The translations under genes and the position numbers were made by a program. From an uncultured Methanosarcinales archaeon (GTDB lineage Archaea > Nanobdellota > Nanobdellia > Woesearchaeales > GW2011-AR9): DNA of 60,069 bases. The notes beneath the pieces were generated by a model, which worked only from the letters and a program-made list of their open reading frames with translations, was not told the DNA's origin and made no database searches. Numbering within the stretch: the stretch's first letter is position 1; the number at the start of each line of letters is the position of its first letter. Of the stretch, positions 17,958 through 27,827 are shown one piece after another. The stretch covers positions 8,654-68,722 of the forward strand of contig CAZGQD010000007.1 of NCBI GenBank assembly GCA_964527395.1. The letters are read 5' to 3'.

Positions 17958-18980
17958 ATGCAAATTTCACCATATTTTTTAAAGGACAGATTAAGTTATG
18001 AATGTTTTAGTAGGTATCAGGTTGGTTCTACATTAGTTGAAATTGCAGCTGGTTCTTTAGTTCATATTGGAAGAGAAGAGATTTTGAATCGTGATTCATT
18101 TTCGTTTGGACCAGTTATGCGTTCTGGAGAAACAAAAGGCGTCATAACAGGTGCTTTTGATGGGATGGGAACTTATTTTGAATCATTTATTGTGGCGCAA
18201 ATGGCTGCTGAGATGCTTGTAGTTTATGCATGCGAGAGAGATCAAGAGTTTGATGCTAATGAATTTATTGAAGATTATTTTGAAGAAACTGTTCCAGATA
18301 GTGTTCATTCTAGAACAATGGTTGAAAGATTGAATATTTTGGCTAGAACTAATGAAGAAATTGGACTTGATGTGCTAGTTAAAGAACATATATCGCCTGT
18401 TTTGCATGCATATCGTGAAATTGTGCAAAAAGAGTGTGGAACTACAGCTGCCTTGCAATTGCATCGTGAAGCTTGCGTGGATTTATATTTTCAAGGAGAT
18501 ACATGTAATATTTGGCGTGAAGGAAGAGAATATTTCTGGGGAGGAGAACATACTGATGCTGCTGAGGTTAAGAGATTATCTGAATATGAGAATAAATTTC
18601 CTTTGGAAAGAAGAGATGAATTAATTGGTGTGAAGAAAAGAAATATTGTTTCATATGGACTTACTTATGTTTATCCTTTTTTAGATCACCTAGAGGTTTT
18701 AAATGTGTCTGAGGCAGATATAGTTATGTCAATGACAGATGGTTTTGAAAGACTGCGTGCAGCTAGAATAAAAGAAGTCATCTCTGAGTTGGATAGAAGA
18801 GAAAGACCATTGAATATTGTTAATTCCATAATTAGGGCTGCAGGACATACTAGAAATACAGACGATAAAACTATTGTTTTGGCTAGGCGTAGTGGTCCTT
18901 TAGTTCCCGAGATTCAAGTAGCTGAAAGTCAGGAAAATAGAGAAGGGTTTTTGTCTAATTTTAGGAATATTTTTAGATGA
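17958..18980 (+). CDS. PP2C/PPM-like phosphatase, paralog 1
   Basis: NRD, AFDGMG, CGTT, FQGD, MTDG, DDKT correspond to the PPM metal-binding motifs. Confidence 0.75.
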   Translation: MQISPYFLKDRLSYECFSRYQVGSTLVEIAAGSLVHIGREEILNRDSFSFGPVMRSGETKGVITGAFDGMGTYFESFIVAQMAAEMLVVYACERDQEFDANEFIEDYFEETVPDSVHSRTMVERLNILARTNEEIGLDVLVKEHISPVLHAYREIVQKECGTTAALQLHREACVDLYFQGDTCNIWREGREYFWGGEHTDAAEVKRLSEYENKFPLERRDELIGVKKRNIVSYGLTYVYPFLDHLEVLNVSEADIVMSMTDGFERLRAARIKEVISELDRRERPLNIVNSIIRAAGHTRNTDDKTIVLARRSGPLVPEIQVAESQENREGFLSNFRNIFR

Positions 18981-19128
18981 AGGATACTGTAAAAAAGGGT
19001 TTTTTGATCATTTTGGTGGTTTTTTAGGTCGATTAATTGTTTGATAGTGATCAATTGATTGTTTCTTTAATTTGCTACACCTATTGTAGTAGATCTTGTT
19101 TATACTAAGTTTTGTTTTAGTTTGTTTT

Positions 19129-20271
19129 ATGCCAATAACAACAACAAACAATGTCGGAAGACGAAATTATGGGCTTTTAGGAAGCTATGAAGTGGGTTTG
19201 ACAACAATTGATATTGCAGCAAGTTCAGCTGTGAACACAAAATATGGCGATGATCTCAATCGCGATGCATTATATTTTGGACCAGTAATACGTTCTGGAG
19301 AAACAGTTGGAGTAATTGGAGGAGTTTTTGATGGGATTGGAGCAGCTGTAGAATCTGCGAGTGCCTCTAGAATGGCAGCCGCTATGCTAGGAGTATACGC
19401 AAGTGAACGTGGTTCAAGTAATGCTATACGTTTTTTGTGTCCATATTTTAAGAAATTTAGTCCGCGTGATGCTCATATTCAAACTATGATGATGAAGGTT
19501 GATGAACTTGGACGTACTACTAATGATGTTTCGCTTGGTGATTTATCAAGAGAATTTATTCGACCAGTGTTGGTTGCATATAAAGCATTGACTGAAGCTA
19601 CAACAGGAAAGAGGAGTAGTTGTGGAACAACTTCGGCATTACAGTTTCATACTGAAAATGACACATCATTATATTTTCAAGGTGATGCTGGGAATATCTG
19701 GCGAAGGAAAGGAGATTACTTGTGGGGAGGTGAACATTCATTAGTTGCACTTCAACAAGGATTATTTCCAAAGCAACAAGAGTTACCTTTAGGTTTAAGA
19801 GACAAATTAATGTTTTTACCAGGCAGAAATAGAATTTTTTCTAGTGCAGGAGGATTTCATCCATATACTGAAAGTCTTGAAGCAGTAACAGTAGCTGAAA
19901 CTGATTTAATTATGTCAATGACAGATGGTTTGGAGAAAATTGGTAGTGGCAATATGAAACGAATGGCAGATGAACTTGGAGATGGAGTGACAGTTAACAA
20001 TTTAGCTGAAAAATTAATGGAAGCTGCAAGATTAAGTGGAAATACAGATGATAAAACTGTTTTAGTTGCACAAAGACGCGTAAGATCTGCTCCTGCTTCA
20101 AAGACGTTGGCAGCAGCATTACGTCCTACTCCAAAATATGTTCATAGTAGAAATGGGTCTGGAGTTTTCACAGGTATGATTGCAAATGCAGGAAGAGTTG
20201 GTGGCCCAAGAGGTGTTAAACCTGTTGGAGTTTCCCGTCCTACAGATTCTGGTGGCTATATCGGAGTTTAG
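19129..20271 (+). CDS. PP2C/PPM-like phosphatase, paralog 2, with low-complexity C-terminal tail
   Basis: NRD, VFDGIG, CGTT, FQGD, MTDG, DDKT; shares FGPVxRSGET and GGEH with paralog 1. Confidence 0.75.
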   Translation: MPITTTNNVGRRNYGLLGSYEVGLTTIDIAASSAVNTKYGDDLNRDALYFGPVIRSGETVGVIGGVFDGIGAAVESASASRMAAAMLGVYASERGSSNAIRFLCPYFKKFSPRDAHIQTMMMKVDELGRTTNDVSLGDLSREFIRPVLVAYKALTEATTGKRSSCGTTSALQFHTENDTSLYFQGDAGNIWRRKGDYLWGGEHSLVALQQGLFPKQQELPLGLRDKLMFLPGRNRIFSSAGGFHPYTESLEAVTVAETDLIMSMTDGLEKIGSGNMKRMADELGDGVTVNNLAEKLMEAARLSGNTDDKTVLVAQRRVRSAPASKTLAAALRPTPKYVHSRNGSGVFTGMIANAGRVGGPRGVKPVGVSRPTDSGGYIGV

Positions 20272-20375
20272 ATGAGGATAGTTCTTTTTATTTTCTTGAT
20301 TTTTCTTTATTCTGTGTTTATTGATTGTTTATTGATTATTTGTTAGTTATTGGTTTGTATTTTAGGTTCTTTGTC

Positions 20376-21722
20376 CTATTCGCTTCTTAGACTAGTTGCA
20401 GGATCTTGATTTGCTGCTTTTCTAGCTGGTAAATAGCCGCAAAGTACTCCGAACAATGCTGATGAGATGATTATAATTGCTAAGAAGAAGTAATTTATCT
20501 CAATAATAAATAGGTTTGGAGCTACAAAATTTAGGAAAGCGTATTCTAAGGATTTTGCAAAACTTATTCCAATAATTACTCCAATTAATCCACCAATCAG
20601 ACCGAAAATAGCACTTTCTGTTAAGAATAAGGTTAAGATTTGCCATTTTTTTGCTCCTACAGCTTTAAGAACACCGATTTCTCTTCTTCTTTCTAAAACT
20701 GCTGTAAACATAGTGTTCATAATACCAACACCACCTACGAAAAGACTGATTGCTGCTATTCCTACCAATACTGCTGAAACTGCTGTTAAAATTGCTTCAA
20801 ATGAAGCTGCCATCTGCTGCGTTGTTTGAATCTCAAAGTCTTCTTTATTTTCTTCTAGATCTCTGTGTTTTCTAAGTTCTTTTGTAATTTTATCTTTTAT
20901 ATTGGTTAGATCTTCACCTGTTTCAACTTCAGCTATGATGAAACCTAACTCTTCTTTTTTGTGATTGAATATTTCCCAATATGTTTCTATTGGTATACTA
21001 ATACTTCTATCATCAATAGAATTTCCTATCGCTTGCCAAAAGCCAACTGCTTTGAATTCATGACCTTGAATGGCGATTTTGTCTCCTAATTCCACGTTTT
21101 TTTCGAACAAATTACTTCTTAAGTAGTCTTGAGCTAAAACAGCTTTGTATTTGTCGCCTTTTTCTATTGCTCTACCGCTTGCTAACCTGAAATTTTGTCC
21201 TTCACCAATTAGTTCTCTGGCTTCTGGGTCATCATCGCTACCGTAAACTAAGAAATATCTTGTTTTGTCATTGTATTCGATGGCCCCTGTTGTGTAAATG
21301 AAACCGGCAGTTCTTTTTACACCCAAGGTCTTTTCAACTATTTCTTTATCGTCAGTGGTGAGAGGAGTTGCTGTTTGTGAGAGGCCTGCAGTAAGAGCGC
21401 TTCCTTTTGGGTTTATAAATAAAATGTCTGAACCTAATGTGTCAAGTTGGGCTGAAAGAGCTGTTTTTAAACCCATGCCGATTAATAAAAGAGAAACTAT
21501 TGCTAGGACTCCTATAATAATTCCAAACAAAGTTAGCCAACTTCTCTTTTTTCTTTGTCTTAGTTGTTTTGTGACAAGAGCGAAATAGTCTTTGAATAAT
21601 GCAAACTTTGTGTCAAAAGTAGATTTACTGTTTCTTGAATTGTTAGAAGCAATTTTTTTTACTGAATCTAGGTTTTTTTGAGCTTTTTTCTTTGGTTTTG
21701 ATTGGTGGTTTTGATTCTTCAT
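20376..21722 (-). CDS. ABC transporter permease, MacB/FtsX type
   Basis: RSWLTLFGIIIGV, GGVGIMNTM..AVLERRREIGVLKAVGA, PARKAA..DPA.SLRSE. Confidence 0.9.
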   Translation of the reverse strand: MKNQNHQSKPKKKAQKNLDSVKKIASNNSRNSKSTFDTKFALFKDYFALVTKQLRQRKKRSWLTLFGIIIGVLAIVSLLLIGMGLKTALSAQLDTLGSDILFINPKGSALTAGLSQTATPLTTDDKEIVEKTLGVKRTAGFIYTTGAIEYNDKTRYFLVYGSDDDPEARELIGEGQNFRLASGRAIEKGDKYKAVLAQDYLRSNLFEKNVELGDKIAIQGHEFKAVGFWQAIGNSIDDRSISIPIETYWEIFNHKKEELGFIIAEVETGEDLTNIKDKITKELRKHRDLEENKEDFEIQTTQQMAASFEAILTAVSAVLVGIAAISLFVGGVGIMNTMFTAVLERRREIGVLKAVGAKKWQILTLFLTESAIFGLIGGLIGVIIGISFAKSLEYAFLNFVAPNLFIIEINYFFLAIIIISSALFGVLCGYLPARKAANQDPATSLRSE

Positions 21723-22924
21723 TTTCGCATCGCCTCCACTGGAGTGATCATGCTCGCTTCATTACTAGGAAAATAACCACTAAGAGCACCAATTATAGTT
21801 GAAAGTAATGTTAATGTGATTAAAAGGATTGGAGAGATATTTATTTGGACCAAATTAATTGACAACTGAGTGATTAAGACATATTCTATCAAAAGAGCGA
21901 TTGATGAACCGATAATTATCCCAAAAACTCCTCCAATAAAGCCCAAAATGGCACTCTCAGTTAAAAAAAGGTTTTTTATGTCAGATCTTTTTGCTCCAAT
22001 TGAACGAAGAATGCCTATTTCATTGGTTCTTTCTACTACATTTGTATACATTGTGTTCATAATGCCTACGCTGCCAACGAACAAAGCTATTGATGCTATA
22101 CCTACTAGAACACCTTGAAGAACTATGATTATACTGTTAAGAGTATTCAAAAGGTTTTGAGGACTTTCTACTGAGAAATCTTCACTTCCTTTTTTAACAG
22201 CCCTAATATCTCTTAACTCATCTTCTATTTTTGGGATTAATTTGTTTAATTCTTCAGTTGTTTGGACAATGATTGCATCATAATCCTGATCTATTTGAAG
22301 GATTGATCTTAATGTTTCTTCAGGGATTATTATAGCGTCATCTTTTTGAGGGTTACCAGTTGATTCAAAAATGCCTGAAACTTCTAACTCTTGATTTTCT
22401 ACCAAGATTTTGTCTCTAAGTCCTACTCCTTTGTCAAAGGAGCTTATTGCAATGTTTTTACCAATTGTTATTTCAAAACTGTCTTTTTTTGGAAGTCTTC
22501 CTTTTTCTAAATGATAGTCCATAGCTTCAAGTACTAGGTCTAGTTCAGTTTGATCTTCAGGAATACTAGCAATAGGGACGTTTTTTACTTCTTCTTCATA
22601 TTCTATGTTTGTAAGCCTGATCAATCTTCCGACAACTAAGTTTGCTCCATTGATTTTTTGAATCTTTTCTTTATCTTTGATTGTTAGTGGCATAGAAACT
22701 GCTGTTCCAGGTGGACCAAAACCAGCAGTAGCTGCAGTGATTATGATTTTGTCTGAACCTAAACTAGCAAATTCTTGCTCAATTCCACTTTTTATGCCAC
22801 TAGTGATTAGAATAAGAGTTATAACTGAAGCTATTCCAATTGTGATAGCAAAAACTGTTAAGAAGAGCCTTAGTTTACGTTTAAATATGTTCTTGATGAT
22901 GAATTTAAAGAAATCTGCTCTCAT
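21719..22924 (-). CDS. ABC transporter permease, MacB/FtsX type
   Basis: RLFLTVFAITIG, GSVGIMNTM..NVVERTNEIGILRSIGA, ITPVEAMR; 4-nt stop/start overlap with the next permease. Confidence 0.9.
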   Translation of the reverse strand: MRADFFKFIIKNIFKRKLRLFLTVFAITIGIASVITLILITSGIKSGIEQEFASLGSDKIIITAATAGFGPPGTAVSMPLTIKDKEKIQKINGANLVVGRLIRLTNIEYEEEVKNVPIASIPEDQTELDLVLEAMDYHLEKGRLPKKDSFEITIGKNIAISSFDKGVGLRDKILVENQELEVSGIFESTGNPQKDDAIIIPEETLRSILQIDQDYDAIIVQTTEELNKLIPKIEDELRDIRAVKKGSEDFSVESPQNLLNTLNSIIIVLQGVLVGIASIALFVGSVGIMNTMYTNVVERTNEIGILRSIGAKRSDIKNLFLTESAILGFIGGVFGIIIGSSIALLIEYVLITQLSINLVQINISPILLITLTLLSTIIGALSGYFPSNEASMITPVEAMRK

Positions 22925-22935
22925 GTTTTGAGCAC

Positions 22936-24282
22936 CTACCTTTTTGATCTCTTATTATTGTTACTACTTTTGTTCTTAGTTGAATCATGTTTATTTCCAT
23001 TATCTTTTTTTGAGTCTTTTTTCTTTGGCAAATACTTCTTTTTGTAGTAATAATAAGCACCTGCAATTATAGCAATTAAAAAGATAAATGAGAAGATTGA
23101 CCTTTTTTTGGCAATGCCTAAAGAGACTGCTTCTGATCTTGAGTAAACTGGCAGAGTAACTTGAAAATCTTGAGTAACTTCATTGTTTAAAGAGTCCAAA
23201 TATGTTAATTGTACGTTTAAGTTTGTGTCTTTTCTGGAGTTTACAGTTAAAGTAATTGTTTCAGATTCAGTATCGTCTCTGTCGATATCACCAATGTAAA
23301 AACTTTGTTGTGAGTTAAGAACTTTATAGTTTTCTGAATCTAGTAACGTGATTGTTGCTGATTTAATTTCACCAAGGCCTTTGTTAGCAATTTCTAAAGT
23401 AATTTCGCCAGTTTTTTGTCCTTTCCAAATATTTGTTTTTGATACTTGTACATCAATGTCTAAGTTTGAACCTACTAAAATTGTTAAGTATTCTTTCTCA
23501 CTGTAACTTGTACCTGTGTTATCTTCATAATCTAATGTGAGTGGGACTTTATAAAGGCCTGGCTCTGTTGTAGGGTCTGTGTAAATTTTGTAATGAAGAC
23601 CAATACTTTCATCTGCGCTTAGTGTTCCAATAGTTTTCTTTGAACTTGATTGGTAAGCAGCAAAAGGAGTTGTGTCTGCTGAAAAATCTAAACTTGCACT
23701 AATTGATTTTAAGATTGAGTCTGCTTTGTTTTGGATGGTGAGGATTAAAGCTGCTTCTTGACCTGGAAGTACTGGCATAGGATCAAATTCAACTGAACTG
23801 ATATCAAGTTGGGCACTGTATGTACTTATATCTACTGTCAAAGTTGTTTTTGATGAACCTTCATAACCCTCTACAATTACGTATACATCAAATTCAGCAT
23901 CACCTTCAACTGCTTCATCTGAAACTAAAAGTTCGAATTCTGCTTCTTTTGAAAAGTCTGTACCACTTTTAAGGCTACCAAGATTAATTTCTGTTTCACC
24001 ATAAGCTTCTAAAGGGTAACTTGGATCAATTGTGACTTTTACATCACCAGTTATAGTTTCACCTATGTTTTCTATTTGTAAATCAATTGTGACCACATCA
24101 CCTGGTTCTACAGGGTCAGGATCTTGGCTAAGAAGAGAAACTGTAAAATCATTATCTTGCAAAGCAGCTAGAGCAGTTGTGCTTAAAAGAGTCGTAATTA
24201 TTATGATTGTAACTAATGTAAATAGAGTAGATTTGTTGAAGTTTTTCACCTTGCCATCACCTTGTTTAAAAGAATAAAACAA
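22936..24282 (-). CDS. COG1361-like S-layer domain protein
   Basis: Signal peptide, QDPDPVEPGD repeats of Ig-like character, C-terminal TM helix and basic tail; typical neighbour of archaeal MacB-type permeases. Confidence 0.8.
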   Translation of the reverse strand: MFYSFKQGDGKVKNFNKSTLFTLVTIIIITTLLSTTALAALQDNDFTVSLLSQDPDPVEPGDVVTIDLQIENIGETITGDVKVTIDPSYPLEAYGETEINLGSLKSGTDFSKEAEFELLVSDEAVEGDAEFDVYVIVEGYEGSSKTTLTVDISTYSAQLDISSVEFDPMPVLPGQEAALILTIQNKADSILKSISASLDFSADTTPFAAYQSSSKKTIGTLSADESIGLHYKIYTDPTTEPGLYKVPLTLDYEDNTGTSYSEKEYLTILVGSNLDIDVQVSKTNIWKGQKTGEITLEIANKGLGEIKSATITLLDSENYKVLNSQQSFYIGDIDRDDTESETITLTVNSRKDTNLNVQLTYLDSLNNEVTQDFQVTLPVYSRSEAVSLGIAKKRSIFSFIFLIAIIAGAYYYYKKKYLPKKKDSKKDNGNKHDSTKNKSSNNNKRSKR

Positions 24283-24309
24283 CCTTTATTAAGGTAATGG
24301 TTTTGTGTA

Positions 24310-24744
24310 TTAACAAGGATTCTGAAATTCAGCAATTATCTCTAAATATTCTTTTTTTTGTTCAAGGATGATTTTTTGTGCTGGACAATCAGAATTATCA
24401 GTTATTTCATCACATTTTATTGAATTCTTATAGTATGTTGACGGTTCTATTTTTACAATCCAACCTTTTTCTGTTTTTTCTATTAGTAAATCACTTTGAT
24501 TTAACTCATGTCCTTTGTTGTGATAATATTCAATTGTAAGATCCATTGCTTCTTCAGATGATTGAATTGTACCAACTATTGTGCCTACTTTTTCTTGGAT
24601 TGAACAAGAACCATAACCTGATGTTTCATCTATTTCTTGGATAATTACTATTGCAGATGTTATTAAAATTAATATAAATATTGAAATAGTCATTATTTTG
24701 ATTATTTTTTTAAATTGAAATTTTGGTTTTTTATTTTTGTTCAT
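24310..24744 (-). CDS. Hypothetical membrane-anchored protein
   Basis: Basic N-terminus, one TM helix, four Cys. Confidence 0.6.
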   Translation of the reverse strand: MNKNKKPKFQFKKIIKIMTISIFILILITSAIVIIQEIDETSGYGSCSIQEKVGTIVGTIQSSEEAMDLTIEYYHNKGHELNQSDLLIEKTEKGWIVKIEPSTYYKNSIKCDEITDNSDCPAQKIILEQKKEYLEIIAEFQNPC

Positions 24745-24765
24745 TTTTAAGACTCTCTAGACAGT

Positions 24766-25155
24766 TCATTTTATTGGTTGTCTTAATATTGTTTTAAGTT
24801 TTTCTGGAGCGGTTTTTCGTGGATCAGAGAGATATATCTCATGATGAAAGCCATTTTCAGTGAAACTATTTTGCTTAATGAAATCTTTCATCTTTTGAAT
24901 AGTTTTTTCTTCTTCTGAATAAGGACCTATATGCATTACTTGAACACAGCTACCTTCATTTAATGTTTCAAATTTAATTTTGTTAATAAGAAGTAATGCT
25001 TTCTTCTTTATAACAGAAGTCTTTGCTGATTCTATTGCTTCTTTTGAGACTGATTTTGGCATACGGATCATGAGTTTCCAATACCATTCTGACCTTGGTA
25101 CTTTTAAAGCAGGCTTCTTTGACTTTACCCACCAAAGCCCTTCTAGTTTTGGAAC
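24766..25155 (-). pseudogene. N-terminally truncated GyrI-like small-molecule binding protein
   Basis: VPKLEGLWW, CVQVMHIGPYSEE, HHEIYLSDPRKTAPEKLKTILRQP are intact, but sequence upstream of VPK is the antisense of the DHH gene. Confidence 0.75.
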
Positions 25156-26258
25156 TTGCTGTAGCTCACCATAGAGATGCTGATGGGCTTTGTTCAGCAG
25201 CAATTTTGTCTAAGCATTGTTTAGATAATGGATATTCTTTATTAGATGATATTGATTTTTATTCCGTGAACAATACCAAACGTAATCTTGTGCCTGAGCA
25301 AGAAGCTGTATTGCTTAATAGTGGTATTAAAACACTTGTATGTACAGACTTTGCAACAAGAGATATTGAACAAATTGTCAGATTGATTGGGAGAGGCATC
25401 TATTTTGCAGTAGTTGATCATCATGATTACTCTACTGGGCTTTTGGAAAATGCTTCACTTCTGATAAACTCAAATATGTTGAATTTGCATACTGGAAGTG
25501 AATCTGGGCATCATGAGGGTGCAGCAGGTGACTTAATGCATAGATTAGTGGGTGGAAGTCATACTCAATGGCTATCTCAAGTAGCTTTGTGTGGTGATTT
25601 AATACCTGGAGATTATGCTTCTGGTGTAAAAAGGACTGCTGATATCTTGAATATAGTTGGTTTGGCACGTAAGAAAAGTGAGACTATTCAAGAAATTGAT
25701 CTTATGTGTAGAAAACTTATTGGATATTTGGTTGAAGCGAATGCTGCAGATGGGTTCATGGGACTTTTTAATTCTGATAGTAGATTAAGGGAGAGATATT
25801 TTGAAGTAGAATCTGCTGTAAATGATGAAGTAGATAAATTGCATTCTTTAGAGAGATATGCTGGTTCTTTAGACATGCTTGTAGATGAAAATAAACTCTC
25901 AAATGGCAATTATAGGATAATAAAAGGACAAGACAAAGATGCTGAAGACTTTACTGTAGTTGTTCATGGCTACTGTGAAGGAAAATATGATGTTATCGAA
26001 CAAGTACTAAAGAGGCATATGCCTAGTATAAAAACAGATAATATCACTTTTGTTTTATATTCTCAAGATTGTGAAAATCCAGATAAAGTTGAGTTTAGAG
26101 TGTATAACAACTGTCCTGATGAGGTAGATTGTGCTTTTATTAGTAGCACGCTTGGAGGAGGAGGACATAAGAACAGAGCTGGCGCTACAACATATGAAGA
26201 AGGTTTAGGTATTGTTGAAAAAGCAGTGAATATGGTTCTTGAAGCCTATAGAACATGA
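25149..26258 (+). CDS. DHH/DHHA1 phosphoesterase (probable TTG start; promoter apparently lost)
   Basis: HHRDADG, TDF, VVDHH and C-terminal GGGGHKNRAGA. Confidence 0.8.
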   Translation: MELAVAHHRDADGLCSAAILSKHCLDNGYSLLDDIDFYSVNNTKRNLVPEQEAVLLNSGIKTLVCTDFATRDIEQIVRLIGRGIYFAVVDHHDYSTGLLENASLLINSNMLNLHTGSESGHHEGAAGDLMHRLVGGSHTQWLSQVALCGDLIPGDYASGVKRTADILNIVGLARKKSETIQEIDLMCRKLIGYLVEANAADGFMGLFNSDSRLRERYFEVESAVNDEVDKLHSLERYAGSLDMLVDENKLSNGNYRIIKGQDKDAEDFTVVVHGYCEGKYDVIEQVLKRHMPSIKTDNITFVLYSQDCENPDKVEFRVYNNCPDEVDCAFISSTLGGGGHKNRAGATTYEEGLGIVEKAVNMVLEAYRT

Positions 26259-26353
26259 AAACATGGATTCTGTTTGATGATTTACTAAATTAATAAGTAT
26301 TTTAATTATTGTAATTGACTTAAGTTATTAATTTGATCTAATTGGCTTTTTTT

Positions 26354-27097
26354 ATGTTTGGCAGATTAAAACAGTCTATTGACAAAGTAGTTAACTTAGC
26401 TTTTTGCACTGGTTTGTTAGTTGGTTCTCCTACTGTTGAAGCTAGTGAAGGATGGGGTGCAGTATTACCAGCAGTTGTTTTACCTAAAGAAGAAAATCCT
26501 TATTTATCATTATGGGCAGGAGCTGGATCAACGGTTTATAATAATGAAGAAAGAGGTAAAAATATTAAATTTTACTTCACTTCAAACCTTAATGCAGTTC
26601 CAAAAGAGGATGTAGATACAAAAGGAGTGAGGAATGTTTCCTTTGATATTGAAGAGTTTTCTGTTAGACCCAGGTTAAAAGCAGAGTTAATTTCTTTATT
26701 AGAAGGAGATGTTAAATTAGGAAGTATTACGAAATATGAAATTAGAAGTAACAAAGAAGATAATGTGCGTTCAGGTATTTACTGTGAAAGTTCTGCATTA
26801 AAAAACAATAGATCAATCTTTAAGTTTTATCTAGTTGACTCTGAAAATCCAGAAATGCAGGCAACTTTTTATTCAGTACAGCAGCTATTTGATGGTAAAA
26901 TTGCTCCAAGTTTATACATTTTAAGTACAAAATCAAGAGATTCTGATGAAGGTTATTTCTATGGGGAGATTTCTCTGGAGGTTAAAATTGGAGATAACTC
27001 AAGTACTGTTTCATTATATGGACAAGAACAATATTATGCTGATTTTAGTGGTAATACATACCAGCGTCCACTTTTTGGTCTGAAAAAAAGATTTTAA
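26354..27097 (+). CDS. Secreted beta-strand-rich hypothetical protein
   Basis: Signal-like N-terminus ending VEA, alternating aromatic/aliphatic strands, C-terminal GLKKRF. Confidence 0.6.
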   Translation: MFGRLKQSIDKVVNLAFCTGLLVGSPTVEASEGWGAVLPAVVLPKEENPYLSLWAGAGSTVYNNEERGKNIKFYFTSNLNAVPKEDVDTKGVRNVSFDIEEFSVRPRLKAELISLLEGDVKLGSITKYEIRSNKEDNVRSGIYCESSALKNNRSIFKFYLVDSENPEMQATFYSVQQLFDGKIAPSLYILSTKSRDSDEGYFYGEISLEVKIGDNSSTVSLYGQEQYYADFSGNTYQRPLFGLKKRF

Positions 27098-27149
27098 TAG
27101 TATGTTTAACGGAACTAATATAAGTTAGACTAGTTTGTTTGTAATTATT

Positions 27150-27827
27150 ATGGGTGAATTGTATAAGTTAGTTGATGTTCACAAGAACTTTGATCTTGGT
27201 ACTGTTGTAGTTCGTGTTCTCAAAAAGATTAGTTTAGTTATAAAAAAAGGTGAGTTTGTAGCAATCACAGGAGCTTCTGGAAGTGGGAAAAGTACTCTTA
27301 TGAATTTGCTTGGAATGCTTGATGTGCCTTCTAATGGGAACATCTATTTTGAATCTGAAGATGTTTCTAAGCTTAGTGATGATGATTTAGCTGTGATTCG
27401 TGGTAAGAAAGTAGGGTTTATTTTTCAACAATTTCAATTGATTTCTACACTTACTGCACTTGAGAATGTGGCATTGCCACTATTGTTTCAAGGAATTGCT
27501 AAAGAAGATAGGTTGGAAAAGGCATCTGCACTTCTTGATTCTGTTGGGCTTTCTGATAGAATGCATCATAAGCCAAGTGAGTTATCAGGTGGGCAGCAAC
27601 AACGTGTAGCTATCGCGCGTGCGCTTGTGAATGATCCAGAAGTGATACTTGCAGATGAGCCTACTGGTAATCTTGATTCAGTAACTGGTCGTGAGATTAT
27701 GAATATGCTGCTTGATTTCAATAAAAAAGGAAAAACAATAATATTGATTACGCATGACAAAGAGCTTGCTTCTTTCGCTAGGAGAGGGATCTTCCTTAAG
27801 GATGGCCTTGTCCATAGAGACTCGTGA
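27150..27827 (+). CDS. ABC transporter ATP-binding protein, LolD/MacB type
   Basis: GASGSGKST, IFQQF, LSGGQQQRVAIARAL, ILADEPTGNLD, ITHD. Confidence 0.95.
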   Translation: MGELYKLVDVHKNFDLGTVVVRVLKKISLVIKKGEFVAITGASGSGKSTLMNLLGMLDVPSNGNIYFESEDVSKLSDDDLAVIRGKKVGFIFQQFQLISTLTALENVALPLLFQGIAKEDRLEKASALLDSVGLSDRMHHKPSELSGGQQQRVAIARALVNDPEVILADEPTGNLDSVTGREIMNMLLDFNKKGKTIILITHDKELASFARRGIFLKDGLVHRDS

